Source: Felis catus
Taxonomy: Eukaryota
Length of the DNA stretch: 64,000 nucleotides
Assembly (NCBI RefSeq): GCF_018350175.1
Contig: NC_058383.1
Location: forward strand, 12,216,001 to 12,280,000
Direction: 5' to 3'
Below the pieces are notes generated by a model. It was not told the origin of the DNA. It saw only the letters and a program-made list of their open reading frames with translations, and made no database searches. The translations under genes and the position numbers were made by a program. Below, piece after piece: positions 48,433-59,227 of the stretch; position 1 is the stretch's first letter; each line of letters starts with the position of its first letter.

Positions 48433-48736
48433 CTCCCCCCTGAACCCCTCCCCCCGCCCCCCACCTAGAGACATAGCAGAGAACCAAATAAAAATATGTG
48501 GAAGTCAAGGTTAGCCGGCTCTGTTACCCTAAAACTACATCATTGCACCCAACTCCTGTTGGATGAAGCCAGAGTCCTAAAGTTCTGTCTCCTTCCAGAA
48601 AAATGCAAACAATGTTTCAACACTAAGGGCCACCTGCTGTGTGTAGTTTTTTTTTGTTTGTTTTTTTTTTAATGTGATTAGAAACAGTGTTGTTCCAAAC
48701 TACATGAATCATCTCTGCATTTAGAAGTCAGCTCCT

Positions 48737-48925
48737 GGGGCGCCTGGGTGGCTCAGTCTGTTAAGTGGCCGACTTCAGCTCAGGTCAGTATCTCGCGGTC
48801 CGTGAGTTCGAGCCCCGCATCGGGCCTGGAGCCTGCTTCCGATTCTGTGTCTCCCTCTCTCTCTGCCCCTCCCCCCCTGCACTCTGTCTCTCTCAAAAAT
48901 AAATAACCATTACAAAAGAAAAAAA
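48737..48925 (+). mobile_element. CAN-SINE with internal deletion
   Basis: head, body, tail. Confidence 0.94.
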
Positions 48926-48929
48926 GCCT

Positions 48930-49225
48930 TACCCCCAATGTGAGGGTATGAGGAGGCGGGGCCTCTGGGAGGTGACTGAGTTTCGATGAGGTCAGGGAGG
49001 TGGGATGGGATTAGTGCCCTTAAAAGAAGAGGAAGGGACACCAGTGCTCCCTCTCTCTCCACCAGGTGAGGACAGAGCAAGAAGACAGCTGTCTGCCAAC
49101 CGGGAAGAGAGCCCTCACCAGGAACCCAATTGGCCGGCACCCTGATCTTGGACCTCCAGCCTCCAGAACCGTGAGCAGCAAATGCCTGTTGGTGGAGCCC
49201 CCCGGACCCCGGTTGCCAAAGCCGA
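48930..49225 (+). mobile_element. MLT1A-like LTR
   Basis: gatgggattagtgcccttaaaagaagag...ggccggcaccctgatcttggacctccagcctccagaaccgtgag. Confidence 0.85.
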
Positions 49226-50575
49226 CTTTGCACACATACGTGCACCCTCACAACCACACAGGGCAACTAGTCTTTTCAAAGAAAAGGGTTTTCTTTCCTT
49301 TTTGGTGATTTCGTCTGTTTCCCTCCACACTACAAAAAAAAAAAAAAAAAAAAAAAGGCCAAGGTCGAGGAATTTCTTCACATCTCCAGGGTTTGCTCTG
49401 GTGTCCCGAGAACGTGGCTGGTGACGCGGGATAAGGTCGCCCTATTATGACAGTAGTTCCTTCTGGCTTATGATAAATCCCAGCCGGGTCAACCAGTGCA
49501 CAGAAGGACTCTTCCGACCGTGACTCCAGTCCCCTGAGCCTCTCTGTTAGGTTTATCAAACTCTAAAGCTATAGCCCTGCCCCAGGGTTACCACAGCCCC
49601 CAAATCCTACTGCTCCCCCAAACTCCTACCCTGACTTCAAGATAACTGGCATAAATGTGGCTCATCTGCTCAGATAAGGACCCTGCTCAGATTATGAGTT
49701 CCACTCTACAGGGCTGGGGTTGTATTTTCAAAATGCGTATCAAATCCCGCTTAAATGCCTTTTCACTGCTTCGAGGACAAATTCACCACATTGAATGATA
49801 GCCCTACCGCAGTTCCCAGAAAGGTCGGGAAGGTTGTGTCCTAACATGTGATTGGTGATGTCATATAGTCCAACATCCAATATCATTCCCATACCTGACT
49901 CTCCCCAACTCAGAGACTGACTGGCCGCCACTGGCCGAGCCCACCCACCCCAGGTTCTAGAAGAAAACGCGGCCAGAGGCGCAGGGAGGGATTCTGCAGG
50001 CACTCAAGTCACCTTCCCTGCCTCCACCCCAAGAAATACTCTCCTGCTTAAATTTCTATGCCTTTCTTATAAGCGGTCCAATAACTCACCCCTTCAAGGA
50101 CGGGCCAGCCTTGTTCTTTCCTGTTTGGCCAATCTCCCGCTCTGGTCCTAACTAGGAGCAGAATCCCATCCTGAAAACTGAAAGGTACTGAGGACGTGAA
50201 AAAAAACCCATAAATGGGCAAGTGAACACACCATGTGATATGATACATGGTTGACACGACGTGATGTGCTGTGACGTTGATAAGATGCAATGTGGTCCCT
50301 GCTTAGACCACTTGCAATTCTTGCTGATTTCCCGTCCTTTTTCTAGACACTTCTTTGGAACTCCCTGAACCTGCAACCCAGACCACGTGTGGGCCATGCC
50401 ACAGATCTGTTTACGTTCTATCTGTGAAACTGCTTTTCTCCTCCTGACTGTTGACGGATATAGTTCTGTCTGGTGCGAGCCTGGCAGGAACCGGACTCTT
50501 AAGGGCGAGGTCAAGTTAGGTTAGGGCCAGTGCAGGCAGTGAGTTACCTGGGACCACGCTAAAAAAGGGAACTTC

Positions 50576-50787
50576 TTTTTTTTTCTTTTTTTGAATGCTT
50601 ATTTATTCTTGAGTGAGAAAGAGAATGCCAGAGGGAGGGGAGGGGCAGAGACAGAGCGGGACAGAGGATCCGAAGCCGGCTCTGGGCGGAGAGCAGCGAG
50701 CCCGACGCGGGGCTCGACCCCACGAACCGTGAGATCATGACCTGAGCCGAAGTCGGACGCTCGACCGACTGAGCCACCCAGGCGCCC
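50576..50787 (-). mobile_element. CAN-SINE
   Basis: TSD aaaagggaacttctt. Confidence 0.95.
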
Positions 50788-50824
50788 TAAAAGGGAACTT
50801 CTTACAGAAAATGGCAGAGGAGGA

Positions 50825-50878
<54 letters not shown>

Positions 50879-50948
50879 AGAAATAATCCAAGGCTCTAGT
50901 TCAGGAAGCCAGAAACAGACGCTACATGGGCTTCCAAAGGACATGCGG

Positions 50949-51248
50949 CCAGAAGCAAGGTTTGAAAGCCAGCGTCTGGAGCCACGGATATGAGAGCAAG
51001 TTAGCAGGGTGACAGCGAGCCACAGGAACGTGGCCGTCCACGGCCGCCCTTCCGATGGTAAGATGTCATCACGGAAAGGGCCAAACGCAAACCACTAGCC
51101 TCTCCGAGCCCGACTCGTGCAGCGCGGTCGGTGACACTGCCCTACCTGGGCACGCGATGGCTTTCCGGTCCCCGCTTTCTAACACACGCGCACACATGCC
51201 CGTGGTGTCCTCGCTCTGATGGACAGAACGACAAGGGGTCTCGGTTTC
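50949..51248 (+). repeat. 300-bp dispersed duplication, copy 2 (paralog 42772-43071)
   Basis: offset 8177 bp. Confidence 0.97.
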
Positions 51249-51767
51249 ACACGTCGTCGATTTGCACTCTCCACCAAGGCAAACCTCCAGAGAAACTTCT
51301 CCATCTTTTTCCCAAGAACCCGACAGTACGTCCCAAATCCTGCCCCCCGTCCCCTCTTCACCAAGCGGTGGCAGAGCAACCCTTCGGGGCTGTTCGGCAT
51401 CAGTCCCCAGCCCTTTCCACATTCATCACCGAAGCCATCAGTGCCACCCTTACGGCAACCCCGGCAGGCTGCCCCGGAGACTGGAGCATTCGAGCTGTAA
51501 TGTGGCCCGGGCCCTCAGCGTCTGGACGGGGCTGTCCCCGCTGGCAGGGGCAGGCCTTGGGGCAAATCAGAGAGAAGAAAAAAGAAAAGAGGCTGGCCTT
51601 TTACCTGGCTGTTGTACCAAGCTGATACAGATTTCTATGGATGGACAGGAAAAACGTTCCTTAAATGATGTGGTCATTGGAGGTCACACGTCATTGAAAA
51701 AAAAAATAACGAAAACAGATAGAAACAGGATAGTCAAGGAAGGATGATTATGAGTTACCCACTGTCT

Positions 51768-52190
51768 GGGCACCTGGGTGGCTCAGTCGAGTAAGCAGCT
51801 GGTCCTTGATTTTGGCTCGGAGGGTGACCTCAAGGTTCTGAGATCTAGCCCTGCGTCCTCAGGGCTCCGTGCTGAGTGTGGAGCCCGCTTGGGATTTTTC
51901 TCTCTCCCTTTCTCCCTGCCCCTCCCCCTCCCTAATTAAAACAAACATTTTAAAAAACATTTATTTAAAAAAAATGTTGAGCGTCCGACTTCGGCTCAGG
52001 TCACGATCTCGCGGTCCGTGAGTTCGAGCCCCGCGTCGGGCTCTGTGTCTACAGCTCAAAGAAGCCTGGAGCCTGCTTTGGAGTCTGTGTCTCCCTCTCT
52101 CTCTCTCTCTGCCCCTTCTGCACTCACGTGCTCTCTCTCTCTCTCTGAAAAATGAATAAACTTTAAAAAAAGAAGGAGGAAAAAAAAAAC
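51768..52190 (+). mobile_element. two nested CAN-SINEs inside one TSD
   Basis: TSD gttacccactgtc 51754-51766 / 52191-52203; second copy 5'-truncated at ~51976. Confidence 0.93.
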
Positions 52191-52304
52191 GTTACCCACT
52201 GTCACAACAAACCGAAAATTGGGGTATGAATGGCAGAGATCGTGAGTGATACACCAGCCTGAGCCCCTGGCTCACTAACCCTCTGAAAAATCACACAAGT
52301 AACT

Positions 52305-52410
52305 TACTTTTCCGCTTTTATAGGTAAAGAAACTAGGCTCGGAGAAGTTAAGCAACTTGCTCCAGATCACACAGTCAGTAAGTGGCCGAACCAGGGTTTG
52401 AACCCATGGC
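52305..52410 (-). mobile_element. MIR core
   Basis: ttttataggtaaagaaactaggctcggagaagttaagcaacttgctccagatcacacag...gggtttgaaccca. Confidence 0.85.
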
Positions 52411-52413
52411 TAG

Positions 52414-52830
52414 TGTGGGAACCAGACTAACGCCCCTGCAAGATGTTCACATCCCAGTGCCTGCGACCTGTGTTATGTTCCCACGGTGAAGAGGCACTAA
52501 GGAAGCAGGTGGAATTAAGGTTGCCCATCAGCTCCCTGGGAGAGAGGGGCGCCCATGTGGACCCCCCGTAATCACAAGACCCTTAGAGGTCGGAGATGGG
52601 GGAGGGGGCAGGGAGCACGAGCTGAGGAAGGAGGGCAGCCTCCGAGATCTGGAAAAGGCAAGAAAACTCTTCCCCCGGAACCTCCATAAGGAACACGGCC
52701 CCTCCTGACACTTTCATTTAAGACCCATTGCGGACTTCTGACCTCCAGAATGTTAAAATAATAAATTCGTGTTGTTTTAAGCTATTAAGTTTGCGGTGAT
52801 TTGTTATAGTAAGCTCTAGGACACTAATAG
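52414..52830 (+). mobile_element. MLT1D/E-like LTR
   Basis: ggacttctgacctccagaatgttaaaataataaattcgtgttgttttaagctattaagtttgcggtgatttgttatag. Confidence 0.85.
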
Positions 52831-52879
52831 AATCATCGAAGTCCTGGGTCTTGTGTTCATTATGACCACTGTTCATCTT

Positions 52880-53455
52880 CTTCGACTCTGTAACAAATCA
52901 CCACAAACTTGGCAGCTTAAAAGCTGCACGAATTCATTAGCTCTCGGTTTCCTAGGTCAGAAGCCCGGATACGGCCTGGGTGGGTTCTCGGCTCAGGATC
53001 TCACGAGGCCAAAAGCAAGGTGTTCCTTTCCGTAGGTCCTGGGGAAGGACCTGTTAATCCAGTTCATTCCGGCGGCTGGCTGAGCTCAGCTCCTCGTGGG
53101 GAATCCCTCTCAGCTCCTAGAGGCTGCCCGCCTTGCCTGCCATGAGGCCCCTCTTGCGTCAAAGGCAGCAACGGAGAAGTCGCCTTGCATGGAATGCGTC
53201 TCCCTTCAGAAAGGGCTCGGACCCTTTAAGGGGCTCGCCTGATTAAGGCTGGCCCACCCAGATAATCTCCCTTCTGATTCACTTAAAGTCAACAGCTTAG
53301 GAGTCCGAATTACAGCTGCAAAATGTCTTTTGCCTTATAATGTAGCACGGCTGTGGGAGTGACAGCTCATCACACTCGGGTCCTGTCCACGTTTCCGGAG
53401 CCAGGAAGGGGGAATCATGGAGGGCCACCTTGGAATTCTGCCTTCAACAACCACA
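52880..53455 (-). mobile_element. MLT1E-like LTR
   Basis: tgtaacaaatcaccacaaacttggcagcttaaaa...ggcccacccagataatctccct...cttaaagtcaac. Confidence 0.8.
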
Positions 53456-53726
53456 TTAGCATAGAGCAATTGTTTTGACACACTTGACTCCGTTTCACCC
53501 TCCCACCTACCACAGTAAGGTCTATTGCTTTCATTGGGTGAACCACACACACACAAAAAAAAAAAACCTTAAAAAAAAAAAATAAACACCCAAACTCAGT
53601 ATCGGCTTTCCCTGCCCACCAATCCCACGTCCCACCAAATCTCGCTCTGAGGGTGGTTTATCTCTTTTCACAGCATTACGCAAGCACCCAGCTAGAAACC
53701 TAGTAACAGGAAGGGTTAAATTTACT

Positions 53727-53925
53727 GGTTCCGTCGGTTAAGCATCCAACTTCCGCTCAGGTCGTGATCTCATGGTTCGTGGGTTTGAGCCCCACCTTGG
53801 GCTCTGTGCTGACAGCTCGGACCCTGGAGCCTGTTTCGGATTCTGTATCCCCCTCTCTCTCTGCCCCTGCCCTGCTCATTGTCCCTCTCTCTCTAAAATA
53901 AACCCTAAAAACAAAATTTTTTTTA
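53727..53925 (+). mobile_element. CAN-SINE (5' end missing)
   Basis: body and tail. Confidence 0.92.
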
Positions 53926-54061
53926 AGTTAAATTTACCGAGCACCAGGCACTGACCTATGAAACATGCTTCCCCACAAATCTATGAGGTGGGTATTGATA
54001 CTACTCCAATTTGACAGAGGAGTAAACCAAGGGGTGGAGAGGTTAAGCGACACAATGGCTC

Positions 54062-54272
54062 TTTTTTTTTTTTTAAATGTTTAATTTTGAAGGAGAGAGA
54101 GAGTGTGAGTGGGGGAGGGGCAGAGAGAGAGAGGGAGCCACAGAATCCGAAGTGGGCTCCAGGCTCCGAGCTGTCAGCACAGAGCCCGACGCAGAGCTCG
54201 AACCCACGAACTGCACAGTCACGACCTGAGCCCAAGTCTGGCGCTTACCCGACTGAGCCACCCAGGCGCCCC
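54062..54272 (-). mobile_element. CAN-SINE inserted in a MIR
   Basis: TSD gacacaatggctct; MIR-like flanks 53940-54350. Confidence 0.95.
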
Positions 54273-54867
54273 AAGGACACAATGGCTCTCAGCGGTGGGC
54301 CAGGGCCAGGATTAAAAGGCAGGCCGTGTGACTCGGGAGCCCAGCGCGTCACACGTTGCTGGCTTCTGAGCTGTACCCAGGGTCCCCACCGGGAAAGGAG
54401 CACCAGAGGGTGCTCCTATTTGCAGATCAGCTGTGACTTTGCTAACTAGGGCAATTTCTCCGATGTGGATATTTTTTCCTCTTTACAGAACAAACGAGTT
54501 CACAGAACGTTCCAACAAGCCCCGGGGAGTTGGGGGAAGTTTTGACTTGCTCAGCCATTTCTCCAAAAAAGCCAATGATCAGAGATTCCTCCGCCCCCCC
54601 CCCCCACCTCCCACCTCCCACTTTGTAAGTTTCCAGGCAGCAAAGGTACAGGGAGATCTGGTCGCCCACTCCCAGCAAACGACAAACCTTGTCGGGAGGG
54701 CAATGAGGAGTCTGGAAGATTCAGGGATTCTGCCCACAAATAACGTCTGTGCCTCACCCACACACGGAAGGTGGGAGCCCCCCCAGTGCTCGCCCCAGAA
54801 GCTGTGGTCTCATCTTCTTTCTTAGGACCCCTTATGTACAGGATCCATGTAGAATATATTTCTAAAT

Positions 54868-55020
54868 CTTTTTTTTTTTTAATGTTGATTTGAGAGACCG
54901 AGAAAGTGCGCGAGTGGGGAGGGGCACAGACAGGGGGATTCGATCCCACAACTGCGAGGGCACCACCTGAGCCAGGATCACGAGTGGGACGCTTAACCGA
55001 CGGCACCACCCAGGCACCCC
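54868..55020 (-). mobile_element. short CAN-SINE variant
   Basis: acctgagccaggatcacgagtgggacgcttaaccgacggcaccacccaggcacccc. Confidence 0.85.
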
Positions 55021-56124
55021 GAATAGATTTCTGAATTAATCTTGAGCTATGCAGGGCCAAGCCCAGATCCCCAGGGCTGGTGAACTGTTGCCCTGTTAAT
55101 CTCCCACCTGCTCAGGTGTGGGGTAGAAGCTTCCGGAGGCCAGGAGCTGTGCCCTATTACCCCTTTCATCTTCCTCGGTATCAACCTTAACAGGGGCTCA
55201 ATAAAGACGTCTGTTGTTGGTAGGTTGGCATTCTTCTGAAAGGCCACAGACTTTCCATTGCTGAATGCCCTGCTTTTGGCGATTATAATAACATCTATCC
55301 AGACAGAACCATCCGATGGTTCTGTGGGGTCCCAGAGCCACAGAACCTAAGTTTCTCCTGTCTTATTCCCCGTTCTTGGGCAGTGGCCATGAGGGCATCT
55401 CGGTCTCATGAGAGCCATTAAGGTCTTCGTGTGATTCTGATGCCACAACTGATGATTATTCTCCCTCAGCAGATCCTAAGGGGGAAGGGGGTGGGCAGGG
55501 ACCCAAAGGGATCCGTGGGATTCTTCTAGCAACCTCTTTCCAACTGTGCATTATTGCAGTACAGCCCAATTTGGGAAACTGACACCGACATGGTCACGAT
55601 TTATAAAAAAGTTCTAGGCGATTCTGAGCCGGTCTCTGCAAACCTTCCCCCGACCCCATGCCCGCACGGAAACCCACATTACCAGCCGGGTTCATTACTG
55701 GAGCATCCTGCCGGTGATCTTTATTAACCAACCAGGAGAGAGTCCGGGCTTCTTCTGCAAAGGTCAAAATGGAAATTAATCTGATTTGTATCAATCTGCG
55801 CAAACAGTCTGCAGGCAAGCCGCTGAGCTCGCTTGGTTTTAAATGACCCGAAAATGAGCTTAGGTGGTAGCCAGCATTCCAAATTCACCCCATTGTTATT
55901 TTAAAAAAAAAAAAAAAGGTCTCTTTGTCACATTAACTGAATTGGGCTTTTTTTGGAGAAATCTGATTTTTTGGCATCATCTAAGTTTTCAGAGTTCGGC
56001 TAACATACCGTACAATTTGCCCATGCCCCCGCTGATGGTATCTTGGCCAGACATTGAACGTTTTTAAGATTTCTCGGATGCAACTTGCTAACCAAACTGG
56101 ATGTGTTTGGCTCTCTGGTGGTTC

Positions 56125-56450
56125 CTGGTGGCCGAGGCTGCTGGTTGCCTCCCAGGATCCCTTCTGTCTTTCTTCCTTCCCGAGAACCTAAGTTTTCATT
56201 GCATTATCTGGAATGCACATGTGATATCTGGAGCCATGGCTGCTATGTGGGAACGTGAAGAATGGGTCACATATAAGACATGGCAGAAGGAGTCTGGAGT
56301 CTAATAACTTCGCAAAGCTGCCACTCTAGCCCCAGACCACCGTATCCAGCCTGCCTCGACTCCACCAGAAAGAAAGAATATTCTAGTTTGCTCAAGCCCC
56401 TCTAATGCTGGACTCTTCTGTTACAGCCACCAGCTCTGATCCTAACTGGT
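56125..56450 (+). mobile_element. old MLT1 (I/J-like) LTR
   Basis: gtgatatctggagccatggctgctatgtgggaacgtgaag...ttctgttacagccaccagctctgatcctaactg. Confidence 0.6.
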
Positions 56451-57435
56451 TCAGATGACAGCTTCACAAGCGCCTTCCAGCTTATTCTAGAATTCCAACG
56501 TGCCCTTCCTTGACTTACCATCAACTATCAGGAAAAATCAAGCTCAGAGAGGTCAAGTGTCTTGGCCAAGAGACCAGAAGAACAGAATCTGGGTCTCTCT
56601 TCTTGAATAAGTAGGTCTTGGGTTTACCAATGCCACTTGTAGTAAGAAGCTTCAGATGTCAACCCACAGACACATTACCACTCATCTCGACACTAAATCC
56701 CCTAATGTTTTCTTCCATTCTGCTTCTTAGACAAGCACGGCTTTCTGAAAGCTGAATTATCGCAGCATATCGTGCAGTTGATAGCACTCAATGGTACTCC
56801 CATCCATCATTCTTTTTTCTTGCGAACTGGGGTGCCTTGATTGCCCAGTCCAGAGGACTGTGACAATCCATAATTTTTTTCAGAGGAATTGTGTGTGAGA
56901 CTACAGAAATTAGCTTATTTTGTCAGTGGCAAGAAACACGATGTCACTCAAACCCCCTTAAATCTAACTTCAAGTCAGGGCAAGTGTCAACACAAGAGAA
57001 ATCTTAAGTCCCAACCGCCAAAGTCATCCTGAGAGAAGGCCAGTGGTCTCATGCTGGCTCAGCATGGACAGGACATTAAACACATAACCCCTGTCATACT
57101 GAGACACCACCCCCCCCCCCCACCGCCATCGCTGCCCAGTGGGACAAGTTGGAGGACATCTACTCTGCCTAAGGGCTCGACCTCACCACTACGATCCTCG
57201 ACTGCATATTCCATGCCCTGATGACCGCTGCTGGGTAACAAATTACCCCCCAATTCAGCAGCTTGAAACAACCAATTTCGCTCTACTTTGCTCCCAGTTT
57301 TGTGGATCAGGAATCTGGGAAAGGCTCACCTGGAAATTTCTGGCTGAGGATCTCTCACGTGGCTGCAATCTGATGCTGCCAGGGGCTGACTGCATACAAA
57401 GGCTTGATTAGGTGGGATATTCAAAATGGCGCACG

Positions 57436-57660
57436 GGGGGCGCCTGGGTGGCGCAGTCGGTTAAGCATCCGACTTCAGCCAGGTCACGATCTCGCGGTCC
57501 GGGAGTTCGAGCCCCGCGTCAGGCTCTGGGCTGATGGCTCAGAGCCTGGAGCCTGTTTCTGATTCTGTGTCTCCCTCTCTCTGCCCCTTCCCCGTTCATG
57601 CTCTGTCTCTCTCTGTCCCAAAAATAAATAAACGTTGAAAAAAAAATTAAAAAAAAAAAA
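57436..57660 (+). mobile_element. young SINEC_Fc
   Basis: TSD caaaatggcgcacg. Confidence 0.97.
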
Positions 57661-57774
57661 CAAAATGGCGCACGCACATGGCTGATGACTGATGCCAACT
57701 GCTACTTGGATCCGTTGACTTAGACACTTGCATGTGGCCTGTCCAGCATGAGTGTCTCAGTGTGTCGGACTTCT

Positions 57775-58005
57775 TTTTTTTTTTTTTAATTATTTTTAAT
57801 GTTCATTTACTTTTGAGGGAGAGAAAGGGAGACAGAGCATGAGTGGGGGAGGGGCAGAGAGAGAGGGAGACACAGAATCCGAAGCAGGCTCCAGGCTCCA
57901 CGATGTCAGCACAGATCCCGACACGGGGCTCGAACCCACAAACTGTGAGATCGTGACCCGAGCCGAAGTCGGACGCTAAACCGACTGGGCCACGCAGGCG
58001 ATCCC
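57775..58005 (-). mobile_element. CAN-SINE
   Basis: reverse-complement full length. Confidence 0.95.
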
Positions 58006-58136
58006 TGAAGTCAGACGTCTTACGGGACAGATGGCTTTCCCCAGAGAACAAGACGGAAAATTCTTGGTCCGTTAAGAGCTAGCCTCAGAAGTTGTATGCC
58101 ACAGCTTCCGCTCCATCCTCTTGGCTGAAGAAGTGA

Positions 58137-58290
58137 TTTGTGAGTTCGAGCCCCACGGCGGGCTCCACGCCGGCCGAGCGGAACCTGCTGGGGATTCTGT
58201 CTCCCTCTCTCTGCCCCTCCCCTACTCAGGCTGTTTCTGTGTCCCTCAAAGTAAAGAAATAAACAAAAATACAAGATTAAAATAAAAGGA
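58137..58290 (+). mobile_element. 5'-truncated CAN-SINE
   Basis: tgtgagttcgagccccac... to A-rich tail. Confidence 0.88.
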
Positions 58291-59017
58291 ATGTAATCAA
58301 AACCAGGGACATGAACCTCGAGGCAACCTGGACGGGGGGGGAGAGAAGGCACGGAAGGACCACGTACCGTATTGGATGGCGGTAGCTGGGGACGAAGTCT
58401 ATTAACCCTCACGTTCAATGTTTTTATGGGACTTCCTCAAGCCTGTCACGACAGAGCCATCTCCCTTACGTGCCGCCTTCCCGGCATACTTCCTCGACGC
58501 CAGTAGCGAAGACAGACCCGGATTCTGAAGATCCTTCTTCCTCTTCGCTGCGCGTGCGGCTTACAGGGTGCACCAGACAATTCTGGGGCAGAAGAGATCT
58601 TCCGGTGCGTTTATCTGATGGATGAGAAAAGTGAGGCTCAGCGTAGCTGAGTGACTTTCCTGAGACCACACAGCCACGGGGTGGCAGAACCCGAGGCCGA
58701 GCAAACAGCGATATGTCAGAGGCACGGGGTGCCCTGAGTAGATACTAGCGTCCATTTCCCCCGGATCGGCCCAAGCTTCTCTGTCCTAATTGCGTCTCCT
58801 GCTTCTTCTCCAGCCTGACAGCCCATGTCAGGTTCTGCAACACCAGAGTGTCATTCTACAACCTTCCGCAGAATCTGTCAACAGAACTGTAAAGGTTTTA
58901 ATTCAGCTTACACGTCACCTCCCTGTTAATTTCCCCGGCAAGGGGATAGATCGTGGATCGTGGTAATGCCCACTCTGTCCTATTCCAGGGTTATTTGGAA
59001 GGCTCGAAATCAAATTC

Positions 59018-59227
59018 TTGTTTAATGTTTATCTATCTTCAAGAGAGACAAAGATAGAGTGTGAGCAGGGGAGGGGGCGGAGAGAGAGGGAGACCCAGAA
59101 TCCGCAGTGGGCTCCAGGCTCCGAGCCGTCAGCGCGGAGCCCGACGCGGGGCTCGAACCCGCGGACCGCGAGATCACGACCTGAGCCGAAGCCGGACCCT
59201 TCACCGACCGAGCCGCCCGGGCGCCCC
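59018..59227 (-). mobile_element. CAN-SINE with GC-shifted sequence
   Basis: reverse-complement body; TSD-like 58996-59014 / 59228-59246. Confidence 0.95.

Larger units (their letters stand above)
57225..58135 (-). mobile_element. MLT1 (F/G/H-like) LTR interrupted by two SINEs
   Basis: gctgggtaacaaattacccccaattcagcagcttgaaacaac...tgtggatcaggaatctggg...tagcctcagaagttgtatgccacagcttccgc. Confidence 0.75.

Noticed and set aside
42772..51248. The 300-bp direct repeats as LTRs of an 8.5-kb provirus
   Set aside because: No TG...CA ends, TSD, PBS/PPT or gag/pol/env; the interior is ordinary genomic DNA containing ancient MLT/MER repeats
207..59227. tRNA genes (A-box/B-box-like motifs such as gttcgagccc)
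   Set aside because: These are the tRNA-derived heads of CAN-SINEs, not full cloverleaf tRNAs
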